Assembly (NCBI GenBank): GCA_951406725.2
Contig: OX597814.1
Location: forward strand, 155,124,001-155,188,000
Source: Octopus vulgaris
Lineage: Eukaryota
Direction of reading: 5' to 3'
DNA length: 64,000 bases
Part shown: positions 1 to 13,702 of the stretch, piece by piece
Numbering within the stretch: the stretch's first letter is position 1
Layout: each line of letters begins with the position of its first letter
Translations under genes and position numbers: made by a program
Notes under the pieces: model-generated
Databases searched by the model: none
What the model saw: the letters and a program-made list of their open reading frames with translations, nothing else
What the model was told of the DNA's origin: nothing

Positions 1-332
1 TAGATGAACCAATTATAAAAATTTCGAGAGACTGAACGCTAAATGCATTACATCTAATCATCAATCAACACTAATGATATACTATATAAAATGCTTCAAT
101 CAAGGACCTTGTAGAAAGAATAAACTACGGGTACGTAAAACACGACGAATCCCTAAAGGCCCAATGTTATTTGTAAAGTTATTGCAAACGTGAAAGTTGT
201 AAACTTCCTGACCCTACCTATTTATTGGCCATGCAGTTATGACATTGTTCTGTCTGTTCGGGAAGCTCGCAAAGCACAGAGCAAATACAATACAGAGTAC
301 CAGAAAATACAAGGCAAAAATTACACCAGAAA

Positions 333-658
333 ACACATGGTTTCGGGTTCAGACCCATTGCGTGTTACTTTGGGCAAATGTCTTCTACTTTTAGCCTCGG
401 GCCAGCCAAAGCCTTGTGAGTGGGTTTGGTAGAGTGGAGTTGGTATGTGTGTGTGTGTCTGTGTTTAAAAACCCCAACATCGCTTGAGAGCCGATGCTGG
501 TGTTTTTACGTCCTCGTTACCTAGTGGTTCGGCAAAATACACCGATAGAATAAATACTAGGGCTTACAAATAATAAGTCCTCGGGTAGATTGGTTCAACT
601 AAAGGTGGTGCTCCAGCATGGCCGCAGCCAAATGGCTGAAACAAGTAAAAGAATAAGA
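333..658 (+). mobile_element. SINE family A (tRNA-derived, CORE-like), 5'-truncated
   Basis: B-box-like gggttcagacc, CORE-like actttgggcaaat, and 3' domain ending gaaacaagtaaaaga; colinear with the complete copy at 42331-42760. Confidence 0.85.
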
Positions 659-740
659 TTCTATAAAAGTTACGAGAGAAAAGAAACGCTTAAGTTTGCC
701 ATATAAATGTTTCAAACACACATATATATATTTATATACA

Positions 741-899
741 ACGGGATTCTACATAGTTTCCTTTTACTAAATCCACTCAGAAGGCTTTAGGCGGCCCGAG
801 GCTATATAGTAGCAAACACTTGTCCAAGGTGCCACGCAATGGGACTGAGCTGGAGGCATGTGGTTGGGAAGCAAGATTCTTATCAACAGCCAGGCCTAT
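741..899 (-). mobile_element. SINE family A head
   Basis: Reverse complement contains cagtcccattgcgtggcaccttggacaagtg, matching the family A head. Confidence 0.8.
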
Positions 900-908
900 A
901 CGCACACA

Positions 909-977
<69 letters not shown>

Positions 978-1078
978 GTCTGTCTGTCTGTCTGTCTGTC
1001 TGTCAGTCTGTCTGCCTGTCTGTCTGTTTGTCTGTCTCTCTGTTTCCGTCTCTCTCTGTTCCTATATGTGTGTGTGTA

Positions 1079-1122
<44 letters not shown>

Positions 1123-1141
1123 ATAATAAAGATGAGAACAG

Positions 1142-1192
<51 letters not shown>
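909..1192. repeat. Compound microsatellite (TATC)n-(TGTC)n-(TA)n
   Basis: Directly visible; explains the [10 protein letters not shown] ORFs. Confidence 0.95.
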
Positions 1193-1199
<7 letters not shown>

Positions 1200-1258
1200 C
1201 GCCATGATAGATCGTTAGCCACTACACACATTTTTTTCTCTCCTTGTTTTCTGTTTCC

Positions 1259-1294
1259 CTTTCTGTAGAAGAGCGTAGGCTCGAAACGTAAAAG
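1259..1294 (+). ncRNA. Minimal type I hammerhead ribozyme-like motif (family H1), variant core
   Basis: cttt-CTGTAGA-a-gagc(gtag)gctc-GAAAC-GTA-aaag: stem I cttt/aaag, stem II gagc/gctc, palindromic ACGT stem III as in Penelope-associated hammerheads. Confidence 0.7.
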
Positions 1295-1399
1295 ACGTTT
1301 TTCTATTCCTGAGCTAATACATCTGTTTGTTTTTTCGTAAATTATCCCTATATATATATATATATATGTGTGTGTGTAATAATAAAGATGAGAACAGAG

Positions 1400-1448
<49 letters not shown>

Positions 1449-2257
1449 GAGAGGGAGAGGGAGAGAAAGAGTCAACAGATGAGATCCAAAGATGTTCAGT
1501 CAAGAAGACACTCCGTAATCTTTAGACATGTAAGTATACATTTAGAAATATGTATATGTATACATGTATGTACATTCGTATGAATTTTATAATGTGTTTT
1601 GCTTAACATGTTAACCCTGCACGCGATGTAATACACATGTCGGATTTGTTATGGCCATGGCGAAATAATCGGCAATTAATCATAAGTGAAAATAATGTTA
1701 TCATAACAAGCTCTGTTTTGTTTATAAAAAAAGGCAAGGTTTTACGGGCATCGTTGAAAGATTTAGATCATAGGTCACCTCGATGAATGTCGATTAAAGG
1801 GTCGGGGAGTAAACGTGAAAAGGAAAAAGAACACACACACGCACACACACATTTTCAAATGCATCATAAAATAATCTGTAATGAATCAAATGTAAAAATT
1901 GTAATGTTAATTTTGTTACGTAAGGAGGCATAATATATATTTATGAAATTGATAGTATATAATCATATATATATATAGTATATATTCAAATTATCACCTT
2001 AACTTGAACAGCCATAATTTATGATTGTCGCATAGAATCGTGTAGTTCTCCCTCTTTGACACACTCTGTATGTGCTTGCGTATGTGTGTGTATGTGTGTG
2101 TGAGAGAGAGAAAGAGAGAGAGAGAGAGAATGCATGTGTGTGAATGTATATATATATATATGTATGTATATATATATATATATATATCCTTAAAATCCTT
2201 ATATCCTTAAAAATGTTTTACCCCGAAGGTCGCGGTCATGCTGGGGCACCACCGCTG

Positions 2258-2304
<47 letters not shown>

Positions 2305-2314
2305 TATATATGAT

Positions 2315-2368
<54 letters not shown>

Positions 2369-2454
2369 AATAAAATAGAACATATGCATATATATAAACA
2401 TATATGTACGTACCTACCTCTACATGTACATATACACGCATATATGTGTACAGG

Positions 2455-2822
2455 ACACCAAAAAGACGTCGAACACATAGAGAGACGAAAAACATAGACA
2501 CAAACCAAGGAACAGGACAAGCAAAAAAGAAAAAAAGAGATACAGGACAATAAGCACAACGAAAAATCCCCTTCTTCAGTCGCTAAGGTTTCATCTACTC
2601 TACGTTTCGAAGGATAAAAGCGAGACGTATACTTCGAAGAAACTTCCTTCCTGCGAAAAGCAAATCAATTAAAATTCTGAGATCTTTTCGCAGAGGGGTA
2701 AAAAATGGTAAAAAAAGCAAGACGGTAACGACAGTACAAACATATAAACAGTACAAAAAATTATATATAAACAGTTGAAAAATAAATATATAACAGTGAG
2801 AGACAGGACAAGGAGAACAAGA
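2455..2822 (-). mobile_element. Penelope-associated non-autonomous repeat (family P) between TA tracts
   Basis: Shares blocks (cttcttcagt...tctactctacgtttcga...cttcg; acagtgagagacagg) with 16400-16890 and 53830-54050. Confidence 0.5.
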
Positions 2823-2853
2823 TATATGTACATATATATGATATATATATATA

Positions 2854-2894
<41 letters not shown>

Positions 2895-2963
2895 TACATT
2901 CACACACACGCACTCTCTCTCTCTTTCTCTCTCTCTATCACACATATATATATGCATATTGTA

Positions 2964-3065
<102 letters not shown>

Positions 3066-3147
3066 GGAGTAAACACATAAATGTGAAACAAGGTGGAAAA
3101 AGAAGTACTCAAATACCAGTGGTAGAGTAATATGCTTTATTTAAGCA

Positions 3148-3194
3148 AAAACTGTCCGACGAACGGCAACGTGAAACTCAGAGTAACAGGTTTT
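3148..3194 (+). ncRNA. Type I hammerhead ribozyme-like motif (family H2)
   Basis: ctgt-CCGACGA-acg(gcaa)cgt-GAAA-ctc(a)gag-TA-acag: all three stems pair, GUA cleavage triplet, U4-to-C core variant. Confidence 0.75.
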
Positions 3195-3248
3195 GTTGTA
3201 TTTTCCGCTGCTTTAAATAAAGTATATATATATGTATGTATGTATATG

Positions 3249-3316
<68 letters not shown>

Positions 3317-3630
3317 AAGAAGACCATAGTATATATATATGTGTGTGTGTCTGTGTGTATGTCCATGTATATATATATGTACATGTGTATATATATTTAT
3401 ATATGTACATGTGTATATATGTATATGTATGTATATATAAATATATGTATATGTGTGCGTGCGTGCGTGCGTGTGTGTCGGTACATGTTCATGCGGGTAA
3501 AGTACATATATATATATAAATGTGTCGGTATATATATGTGTGAGTATGTGTATATGTGTGTGTATACATGTATATACATATACATACACAGATATATATA
3601 CATATACATACATGTATGCATATATATGTT

Positions 3631-3906
<276 letters not shown>

Positions 3907-4299
3907 TAAAATTTTCACGCACTCACATGTACCACCAAACTATGTTCGTTCACATGAAATAATTTATGTTGTTTAACTCAGATGCAATGAATTACAGGCC
4001 CAGTAAAAATACATTCTCTATGACACGTAATTCACAGTACTCTGAGTTTCTCTTTCCCTCTCATTTAGCTAGACAGTCAAACTCCATGTTCTCGTGATAT
4101 ATACTTTGTATCATATATGTTTGTATGTATGTATGTATGTATGTATGTATGTATGTATGTATGTATGTATGTATGTATGTATGTATGTATGTATGTATGT
4201 ATGTATGTACATATGTGTGTGTGTGTATGTGTGTATGTATGTATATACATATATGTGTGTTTGTATGTAGGTATATATATATGTATATATATAAATATA

Positions 4300-4990
4300 A
4301 AAATGGAACAAAAACGCAATAGATGGCATTAAATCGTTCGGACAGATAGACAATAAAAAGGCGGACAAGAGGAACAACTATTAGGACAGGCAAAAAGACG
4401 GGTTATTCTTGGCTTTCTTTCATCAGTCACGTCTCATAAGGCACGACCATTTCGGGCGGTTACACTTGAGATGGTTCGATCTGGTTGTCCCCCAAAAAGT
4501 CTAAGCTAAGAGCATTAAGCCCCTTTGTAAGAAAGCTAGCGAATGTGTACGGGAAGAAAGACAAAAAACAGGCAAAAAAAAGAAAAAAACCTGAGAAATT
4601 GGTACACAATTACGAATACAAACAACAAGAAATAACAACAGGCGTCTTTCGCCTGAGAACGAATCAAATTGAGCTGGCGTGTAACAACTGAAAGCCTAAA
4701 GGCAGGAACAGGAGAGATGGGCAAAAGATTTGTTGGCGCTCGGCAGTCAGGCTAAGAAAGAAAGATCATGACACCGGTCACGTGGAAGGAGGAGCGATGG
4801 GTAGAGGAGCGGCAGGATTGAAGGAATAGAAAAAAAAAAACAGAGACAAAGAGAAAGGTACAGGGGACATAAACTAGTGGGAAATGGGGGAGTTAAAGAA
4901 AGAGAGGGCCAAGAAATGTGAGAGAGGGGGAGCGAGAAAAAGGAAGAAAAATGAGAGGGTGAATAAAAGATAAGAGTAAGAGTCGTACAA
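4300..4990 (-). mobile_element. Penelope-associated repeat (family P-like)
   Basis: tcatcag...atttcg block, ggtcacgtg motif and purine-rich tract, as at 16400-16890 and (inverted) 54930-55410. Confidence 0.4.
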
Positions 4991-5036
4991 AATTTAGATA
5001 CCTACAATAAGGTGAGCACAAGGTTGTACTACGCCG

Positions 5037-5073
<37 letters not shown>

Positions 5074-5085
5074 TATGTATGTATG

Positions 5086-5117
<32 letters not shown>

Positions 5118-5161
5118 TATATATACATTACATATATATGTATATATATATACATATATTT

Positions 5162-5203
<42 letters not shown>

Positions 5204-5999
5204 GCATATATCTGTATACATAAATGTGTAATGGTGTCTGTCTGTGCGTGTGTTTGGGGTTACTCTAACTCCTCCCACAACGATTTAAATGATTTTTGAG
5301 AAATAGGCAGATCATTTGCCCTGAAGTTCAAATTAGGCCAGACTTTTTTAAAAGCTCTATAATGCTCAATTCGCATCGACTTTTGTGAGCACAATCGGGC
5401 GTTTGAATGGAAATTACCATAGCCTTGTTATTTTCCCAATAGCTTTTGCATAGTCAATGGAATATTTTCATGTAAATGGTCACATGTATTCTATTTTATG
5501 ACATAACCTTAACACTTTTCTTCGGATTTTGCTGATATTGGACATGCAGATCAATTTTGTACATAGGGTGGCATTAAGGGAAGAGAAATAAACAAACATC
5601 CCTCTCAACGAGTCGTGGTACACCCAAAAGTTTGACTACTATTTCAGACAGTCCAGTATGTAGGATTATGTCGAAAGCGTTAACCGGGTAAAATCGCTGC
5701 CGAATCAGATATAACATCTTAATGGGTGATAGTTGGCACGAGGAACGTAGATTTCAATACAAGATCAGAGGTGGGCTTAACTTCAACACGGAAAACACGA
5801 GCAACACCGAATCAAACAGCTAGTATATACATAAATACACGCGCATATATATATATATATGTTCTTTTTATCAATCCAAATTTTACTGAAATTAGTACTT
5901 CTACCTTTGATACTGAATTTACTTTAAATATCTCCATATGAATAATATTTTACCTAACTATGGATATATCTATGTCTGAGGGAGTACGCATATCTCTTA

Positions 6000-6205
6000 T
6001 TTCTTTATTTCCCACAAGGAATTAAACATAGAGAAGACAGACAAACGGATTAAGTCGATTATATTGACCCCAGTGCATAACTGGTACTTATTTAATCGAC
6101 CCCGAAAGGATGAAAGGGAAACTCAACCTCGGCGGAATTTGAACTCAGAACGTAACGGCAGACGAAATACCGCTAAGCATTTCGCCCGGCGTGCTAATGA
6201 TTCTT
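6000..6205 (-). mobile_element. SINE family B (Nin/Deu-domain-like)
   Basis: Reverse complement: ttctgagttcaaattccgccgaggttgagtttccctttcatcctttcggggtcgattaaataagtaccag. Confidence 0.85.
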
Positions 6206-6207
6206 CC

Positions 6208-6260
<53 letters not shown>

Positions 6261-6354
6261 TGAATTTTCAGCGAACGAAGTGACCTTAGTATTTTTGTTT
6301 TTCTTTTTAAACCTGGTAGTATTCTATCGCTCTATTTTGTCTATCTCCTAAATT

Positions 6355-6590
6355 ATAGGGTCGTAAATACTCTAACAACAGTTGTCAAGCGGTGGTGGGG
6401 ATAAACACATACACACACACACTCACACACACAAACACACACACAAACACACACATACACACACACACACATGATTGAATGACGGAATGACGGACTTCTT
6501 TCAGTTTCCGTCTTCCAAATCCATTCACAAGTGTTTGGTCGGCCAGGGGCTAAAACAGAAGACACATGTCCAAGGTAGAACGCTGTGAGA
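6355..6590 (-). mobile_element. SINE family A, central part
   Basis: Reverse complement contains gaatggatttggaagacggaaactgaaagaagtccgtc and cgcttgacaac. Confidence 0.75.
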
Positions 6591-6977
6591 GGCAAACGTC
6601 TTCCGGGATGAAAAATCTATGAGGTTTGTGTCATGACTTTTATATTTGCACTTTCCAGAAACTAACATGTTCCTAGACATTTCATATAAACATAAAAGGT
6701 TCGTCAATCCCTACCTCATTTTGTTCGTGAATTTAAGGTGATTTTTGGATAATTTGAAAACTAAACTGGTATAGCACTATTTCTCACTGTCGTTCGCTGT
6801 TTGTATCTTTTGATCACATAAAACGATATCTGCTTTAAAATATATTCATTTGTGCCTTGTGGTACATTTTCAAATTGTATGTTATTTGTGTGTGTATGTG
6901 TGTGTTTACACGCAGCAGTGTAACTACAGACGTACCGTTGGCGATCTCTTTTGCCTCTTTCGACTTTTCCCTTTCTC

Positions 6978-7014
6978 CTTTCGGACGAAGAGGCTATGCT
7001 TGAAACGTCAAACT
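6978..7014 (+). ncRNA. Minimal hammerhead-like motif (family H1), degenerate
   Basis: cttt-CGGACGA-a-gaggc(tat)gctt-GAAAC-GTC-aaac. Confidence 0.55.
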
Positions 7015-7096
7015 CCATCTTTTCAATGAACGTCAAGCTAATACATTCTTTGTGTACGTCCTCGTCGCCATTTTTCATTCATTTATTTGAATTGGC

Positions 7097-7141
<45 letters not shown>

Positions 7142-7149
7142 TTATGTTT

Positions 7150-7370
7150 GTGTGTCTGTGTTTGTCCCCTCCCCCAACATCGCTTGACAAACGATGCTGG
7201 TGTGTTTAGGTCCCCCAACATAGCGGTTCGGCCAAAGAGACAGATAGAATAAGTACTAGGTTTACAAAGAATAAATCCTGGGGTCGATTTGCTCGACTAA
7301 AGGCGGTGCTCTAGCATGGCCACACTCAAATGACTGAAGACAAGTAAAAAAGAGTAAAAGAGAAAGAGAG
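7150..7370 (+). mobile_element. SINE family A, 3' half
   Basis: ccaacatcgcttgacaa...gcggttcggc...gatagaataagtactagg...ggcggtgctctagcatggcc. Confidence 0.85.
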
Positions 7371-7416
7371 TATACATATATATGCGCGCACGCGTGTGTA
7401 AGTGAGTGTGCATGTA

Positions 7417-7463
<47 letters not shown>

Positions 7464-8247
7464 TTATATATATTTATCTATCTTTCTATCGATACATATA
7501 TTTACACATCTATATATATATATATATATATATACAGATATGCAACTATTTATATATTTATATATATACATGTATATATATATACACACACACGCACACA
7601 TACACACACATACACACATATATGTTTATTTATGTATATACATATATATATTATGCACACTCAAGCGTGAGATCATAACTCATATCGTTAAGTACGTATC
7701 TAAACTTTATAATTATTTTATATTTAAGGAAAATTATTATTTATAACAATATTTTTGTTATTTTATTCCCTAATAAAAATTTGCAACGTAAACATTATGA
7801 AGTTAAATTACTTTAACAGGCGATAGTAAACGTCACCAGCTACATATCATCTCTGATATAAAATCTAATGGGGAAGTCTGTATGCAATCTGTTAAAAATA
7901 GCAGCCAAACACCCTTCAAGTCGCAGCTGGCTGTCTTCAGTGTAAATTTTCATTCATAGATTTAGTCAATCAGGACTAGTGTTACGCAATAATAGTAAAA
8001 ACAACAATAAAGCAATATGTAAGGGACAACGAAGTAAAAAGTATGTGATTACACGGGTTGATCGAAATAGCATCACACTGTACTCGTCTGTAAAGTGGTT
8101 TTTAATTTGAGTACAAGAGTTCTGAGGGTGGGACTTTGTCAATACCAACGACTCCAGTACTTGACTGATACTTTATTTTAACGACCCTAGGAGGATGAAA
8201 CGCAAAGTTAACTATAGCGCGATTGAACACAGAATGTAAAGGGCAGG

Positions 8248-8642
8248 GTGAGCTGGCAGAAACGTTAGCACGCCGGGCGAAATGCATAGCCGTATTTCGT
8301 CTGCCGTTACGTTCTGAGTTCAAATTCCACCGAGGTTGACTTTACCTTTCATCCTTTCAAGGTCGATAAATTAAGTACCAGTTACGTACTGGGGTCGATA
8401 TAATTGACTTAATCTCTTTGTCTGTCCTTATTTGTCCTCTCTGTGTTTAGCCCCTTGTGGGTAGTACCAGTTACGCGCTGGAGTCGATATAAAGGGAATA
8501 AAAACGAAATGAACACATACGTGGTCACTTAATTTGCTAGAAATTGTAGTCAAATCTCCCTTAATTCATTTGTATCCTCTTTGTTTGTATCCCTTTGTTT
8601 GTATCCTCTATGTTTAGCCCCTTGTGGGCATTAAAGAAATAA
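8248..8642 (+). mobile_element. SINE family B with duplicated tail and an 83-bp insertion
   Basis: gagctggcagaaacgttagcacgccgggcg head, Nin-like domain, and tail repeated twice. Confidence 0.85.
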
Positions 8643-8939
8643 GAATGTAAAGGACAGTAACAAATGGCGTAGATCAATTTATCCGACGTTCTGATGAGTC
8701 TGCTATCTCGCCACCATCTTTCCGTCCCAAGAAGAAGAAGAAGAAGAAGAAGAAGAAGAAGAAGAAGAAGGAGAAGAGACATTGAATGAATACAGATGGG
8801 ATTTTCACGGTTGGAACACGGAGGCAAAACATCATTTACCACAAGCGAAGTCGTGTATGATGTAAATCGCTTTTGTCTGAATTCTTCAAACAGAAAACAT
8901 TAACAATATCTTTAAGGCACAATGTCTGAAATTCTGGGG

Positions 8940-9107
8940 GATCGGAGACCAGCCGATTACATTGACTCCAGCGCTTGACTGATACTTATTTTATCGACCC
9001 TGAGAGGACGAAAGGCAAATTCGATTGTGGTACAATTTTAGTGCGGAACGTAAACAGCCGGAAGAAATTCTGCTAAGCATTTTGTCCGACGCGTTAACGA
9101 TTCCGCC
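8940..9107 (-). mobile_element. SINE family B, diverged
   Basis: gatacttattttatcgaccctgagaggacgaaaggcaaa is the reverse complement of the Nin-like domain. Confidence 0.7.
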
Positions 9108-9352
9108 TTCTTGGGGATAGTAGAAATGATAATGACAATAATATAAAATTATTATGAGCAATGCTTCTGGCTCTTTCGATTGGTTCGTTCTATGAAGAAA
9201 ATAGAAATTCGGCAACCGTAGATATATCGTTTCGATCTACAAGTCAATGTGACATTTCAAAACATCAACGAAATGTCACTTTGACTTGTAGATGTGAAAT
9301 CACAAGAGTTAGAAGGAACAACCTCCGGCTTTTAGCTTTGTGTGTGTGTGTA

Positions 9353-9408
<56 letters not shown>

Positions 9409-9945
9409 CGTGCGTGTATTCATTTCATCGCCAGATTTTTAGATGCAATTTGCGAGAGAATCGTTATCCTTTTGAGAGATCATCACCAAATTTGTTAACG
9501 CTTTTAAGCTGGTAATAATAATATTGTTATTGCTATGCATATTGTATAGATCCTGGTCAGCTCTAATCAAAGGAAGAGATTAAAGAGAGGCATTGTAGAC
9601 TTTACGAATTCATTTTATCCATTTTATTGATTTGATTTACTCTTGATTTTATGTATGCTGAGGACCGATACATCGCTTCTTTGTTTCCTTAAAATATGTT
9701 TCGTGTTACCTATATTAATATGCAACCGGACATAACTAATGCCCGCTGTTCATTGCATTTTTCATAAATCTGTCTGTCTGCCTCTGTCTGTCTGTCTCTT
9801 TCTCTTTCTTTCCCTTTCTCTCTCTAGGTCGAATAAATCAAACACTCTTGATGAGTTGTTGATGACCACCAATTGAGATTCTCAAGTATTACTTTAAAAC
9901 TAATATAACTCTTACCATACTTTGTTATTAAGATATGCGAAACCG

Positions 9946-10160
9946 AAGGTGGTGAACTGATAGGATCGTTAAGCACGCCGGTTTAAATGATTAGCGGCAT
10001 TTCAACCGTCATTACTTCCTGATTTCAAATTCCGACGATTTTGCCTATCGTATTTTCGGGGTCGATAAAATAAGTACCAGTTGAGCACTGGGGTCTGTGT
10101 AATCGACTTACCCCCTCCCCCGAACTTTCTGGCCTTGTTCCAAATTTTAAAGCCAATTTA
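9946..10160 (+). mobile_element. SINE family B
   Basis: ggtggtgaactg head; ttttcggggtcgataaaataagtaccagttgagcactggggtc. Confidence 0.8.
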
Positions 10161-10480
10161 TGCAGAACCTTATTGGCCCTGTAATTGTTTTAGGTACCTA
10201 TATAGTGACTAACAGACATAGAAAACCACTTCCGCTTTACATCATCAATCGGAATAATAGTGCAGAGTTAACCGAATTGTTAAGTATTAAATAATTGCTT
10301 TGCGAATCATATGTAATTAATGTAGCCGATCATTTTAAACGTTCTGCCAGATCCATATAGTGTAACCATTCATTTAAAGGATTGCCGTCTTGCATAATAC
10401 TGAAGTACACTTTATCTAATACATGATATTAGTGATAGCAAATACGTCAATAGCAAACAAGAAAACACTTCTAGTTTATT

Positions 10481-10666
10481 CTTTTACTCTCTTACTTGTT
10501 TCAGTCATTTGACTGCAGCCATGCTGGAGCACCGCCTTTAGTCGAGCAAATCGACATCAGGACTTATTCTTTGTAAGCCTAGTACTTATTCTATCGGTCT
10601 CTTTTACCGAACCCGGAACCATGTGGTTCGTAAGCAAGCTACTTACCACAGCCACTCCTGCGCCTA
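10481..10666 (-). mobile_element. SINE family A, internally deleted (head joined to tail)
   Basis: Head aggcgcaggagtggctgtggtaagtagc joined directly to ttcggtaaaagagaccgatagaataag. Confidence 0.85.
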
Positions 10667-12070
10667 TTTTATTTATTTATTTTTTTAATTATTGAATTAT
10701 ACATGTACTATAAAGGGAATAAAAACGAAATGAACACATACGTGGTCACTTAATTTGCTAGAAATTGTAGTCAAATCTCCCTTAATTCATTCTCTGCTTT
10801 TTAAAAGAAAGGGCGTCATATAGGACAATGTTGTATGGAATAAATCGGTTAAAAAGACATGGGATAACGTGTAGTTACATACTAACAAATACACACGTAA
10901 CAGATTAAACAATAACTGAAGCAGCATACCAGAATGTTGACTATAAATATACCTGATTGTAACGTGTACCTGTTTTATTGCTTTAGTCAGAGAAAGCAGG
11001 GGTTGCATCCAAGACCGTTATAGCTTATCCGATGTGGAGTGTGGGAATTAATTTCTGACTTAGAACAACAAGTATAGTTCTCGATAGAATTCCATCAGAG
11101 TATAAATTTAATTATAACATATCATCATACGCACAGTGAACAGCGATGACTTTTTTTTACCGATCTGACGATATCAGTACGCATCGGCAAATGATTTGTT
11201 TGCTGATGTTATAAACAAGTGCCTTGAACCCTTACAAATTCATTAGTGCGGCGTGCTGATGACTAACGAGACACAACAATGTCGAAACAGCCGTTTCCGG
11301 GGGTCTCTTGCAGTAACGAACCGAGTATGTTATGAATACACATTCGTTGTAAATGAGAAGTTGTTTTCCTTTGACGAAGTACAACAGCGATTAACATATT
11401 CACGTTTATATCTGACGGAACGTATTAAGAAAGTCATCATAAATTTAATTGTAGTAATAATTTCCGACCAAATGAATTTCAGTTGGGATCACCCTCATAA
11501 CTGTAAGATAAAGAACTCTGAAAAATATGTTGGCAAGTAAGTAAAAAACGAAGGTAAACTCCCATCTCTGACTTTCACTCGTATTTCAATAGAAATATAA
11601 AAAAATTCTATGAAATGATCTAAAAATGTTCTATATTGTAACTTGTTACCTATGCTGAAATAGTCGGAATGCAACAATGCAAGCTGCGAGAAAGATGTTT
11701 CACTAATCTGCTAATTATGTTTCCTGATGCAGCTTGTACATATAACAATGACACTTGGTATTTTTAAAGGGAATTCCTCAAGAACTCGCAAAAAATATTT
11801 TCAAAGTCAGAAAGTGTCCTGTTACAGTATAATTCATTCTTCTGGTTTCAATCATTGGATTGTGGTTATGCTGGGGAGCCGCCCTCTAATTTCGTTCTTC
11901 GGCATTCTGAGACTAAATGTTTTTTGTGCTTCAAGTATTACACAGTAGAGGTCTAAAAAATAAAGATAAATAAAATAAATAAAAAATAAATAAAATAAAA
12001 ATAGATAAAAAGTGATCGATAAAATTCACTATATACCCCACCCCTAAAAATTGCTGGCATTGTACTAAAT

Positions 12071-12310
12071 ATGAGTGGAGACGCGTGGTTTTGTGTTCAG
12101 GTTGTAGCACCCATGATCAGAAGATTGTCGTTTCGATTTTTAAATCGGGTGATGCGTTATATTCTTGGGCAAAAAACTTCATTTTACGTTGCTCCAGTCC
12201 ACTCAGCTAGCGAAACAGAGCATTCTGCGACCGACAAGCTTCCCCTCCGTTGGAGTTAATATATACGCCATAGAATCCGGGAAACCGGACTGACGGGCCT
12301 ACAACTCGGG
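12071..12310 (+). mobile_element. SINE family C (tRNA-derived)
   Basis: ggagacgcgtgg head; cttgggcaaaaaacttcattttacgttgctccagtccactcagct, shared with 48415, 57225 and 61295. Confidence 0.75.
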
Positions 12311-12884
12311 AAAGATCTTTGATTCTTTGTTGACTAAATATGAGAAAAATTTCTGTGGAGTTTAGTAAATGACAATTGTTCAAACGTTCAAATATATTAT
12401 TACTAATTATTTGCAAGTTATAATTATAATAATTATATAATAAGTAATTATCATATTATATAATTATAATAAGTAAGGAGTAAAATGTCTTGCACAAAAC
12501 TAATCACTAATAATTGTTTCCCATAAAGACACAAGATCGGAAATTTGATGTAAGTGATGTGAGTAGTTGATTACAGTATATATCTGACACTTTATTCTAT
12601 TGACCCAAGCGGACGAAAGACAAAGGTGACCGCGGGGTAACTCGAATTTAAAGAGCCAGCCGCCACCTAAATATATTACTTACAAATAAAATATAAATGA
12701 TGTGACCGTTATTTTCGGTAACACTCTGGCTTCCACTATCTGTTATGTTCAAACAGTAACAGGAAAATGTGTCCCTATATATATTTTATAAGCTTAAAGC
12801 GATCCTCGTGCAATGACTAAAGAAAATAGGCTAATAATGGGGCATATAAACCCTCCACCCATCGACAGAAAAAAAGTACGTTTT

Positions 12885-12952
12885 CCTGCACGCGTGGGAC
12901 TCGAACCAACACCTCTCTGCTTACGCGACCTAGTGTGCTACTGAGCACACTA
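12885..12952 (-). mobile_element. tRNA-like SINE head or tRNA pseudogene
   Basis: Reverse complement has the B box ggttcgagtccc but no intact cloverleaf. Confidence 0.4.
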
Positions 12953-13164
12953 ACGAACACATTTGGTTGCTTTTGTCAGATTTAAGAACTATAATTAGTT
13001 TGTAGTCATTTTTGTAAACAAACTTTCATGTGCTTTTATTGCGAATGGTTTTGTTAAGCAGTGCCGACTTTTATAATTCTGTAAATAATAATAATAGTAT
13101 TGTATAACCTTTAAAGCTTATAGCGATCACCGCATCAAAATCGGCACTGCTTAACAAACCCATT

Positions 13165-13220
<56 letters not shown>

Positions 13221-13447
13221 TAGAAAAATCCACGTTTTATCAATTTAAAATGAATAATTAAATTACACCATCTAGAAAATTACATATAATAGAAAAGTTA
13301 AAATTAATATAACAATTAAAAAGTAAAGATTAAGTAAATTACAAGAATAATGTAATGTATATAATAGGACACATTTTCAATTCTAAATTGAATTCTTTTT
13401 CCTTGTAAGTTTGGATTTTATTCCCTCAAATAATAATAATAATAATA

Positions 13448-13479
<32 letters not shown>

Positions 13480-13498
13480 ATACACACACACACACACA

Positions 13499-13702
13499 CA
13501 AGAGGATACTGAAAAGTTCCTAGCTTTTAGGGTATCGTGAAAAGCCTGCTTGAATATCCAAACTTCAGAATTCTCTTACGGGGCTTAGAAAAATTAAAGG
13601 ACCGCTGCAAATGTATGAAATATGTTGAATAAAATCATAATTAACTAATCTTCCTGTATTTTCTTTTACCGAAAACCAGAGACTTTTCAGCATCCCCTCG
13701 TA
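13499..13702 (+). mobile_element. mariner-derived MITE
   Basis: Imperfect TIRs gaggatactgaaaagttcctagctttt / aaaaccagagacttttcagcatcccctcg-TA; internal remnant of a transposase end (...tatgttgaataa, YVE*). Confidence 0.7.

Noticed and set aside
12885-12952. Functional tRNA gene
   Set aside because: B box present, but D and anticodon arms do not form properly
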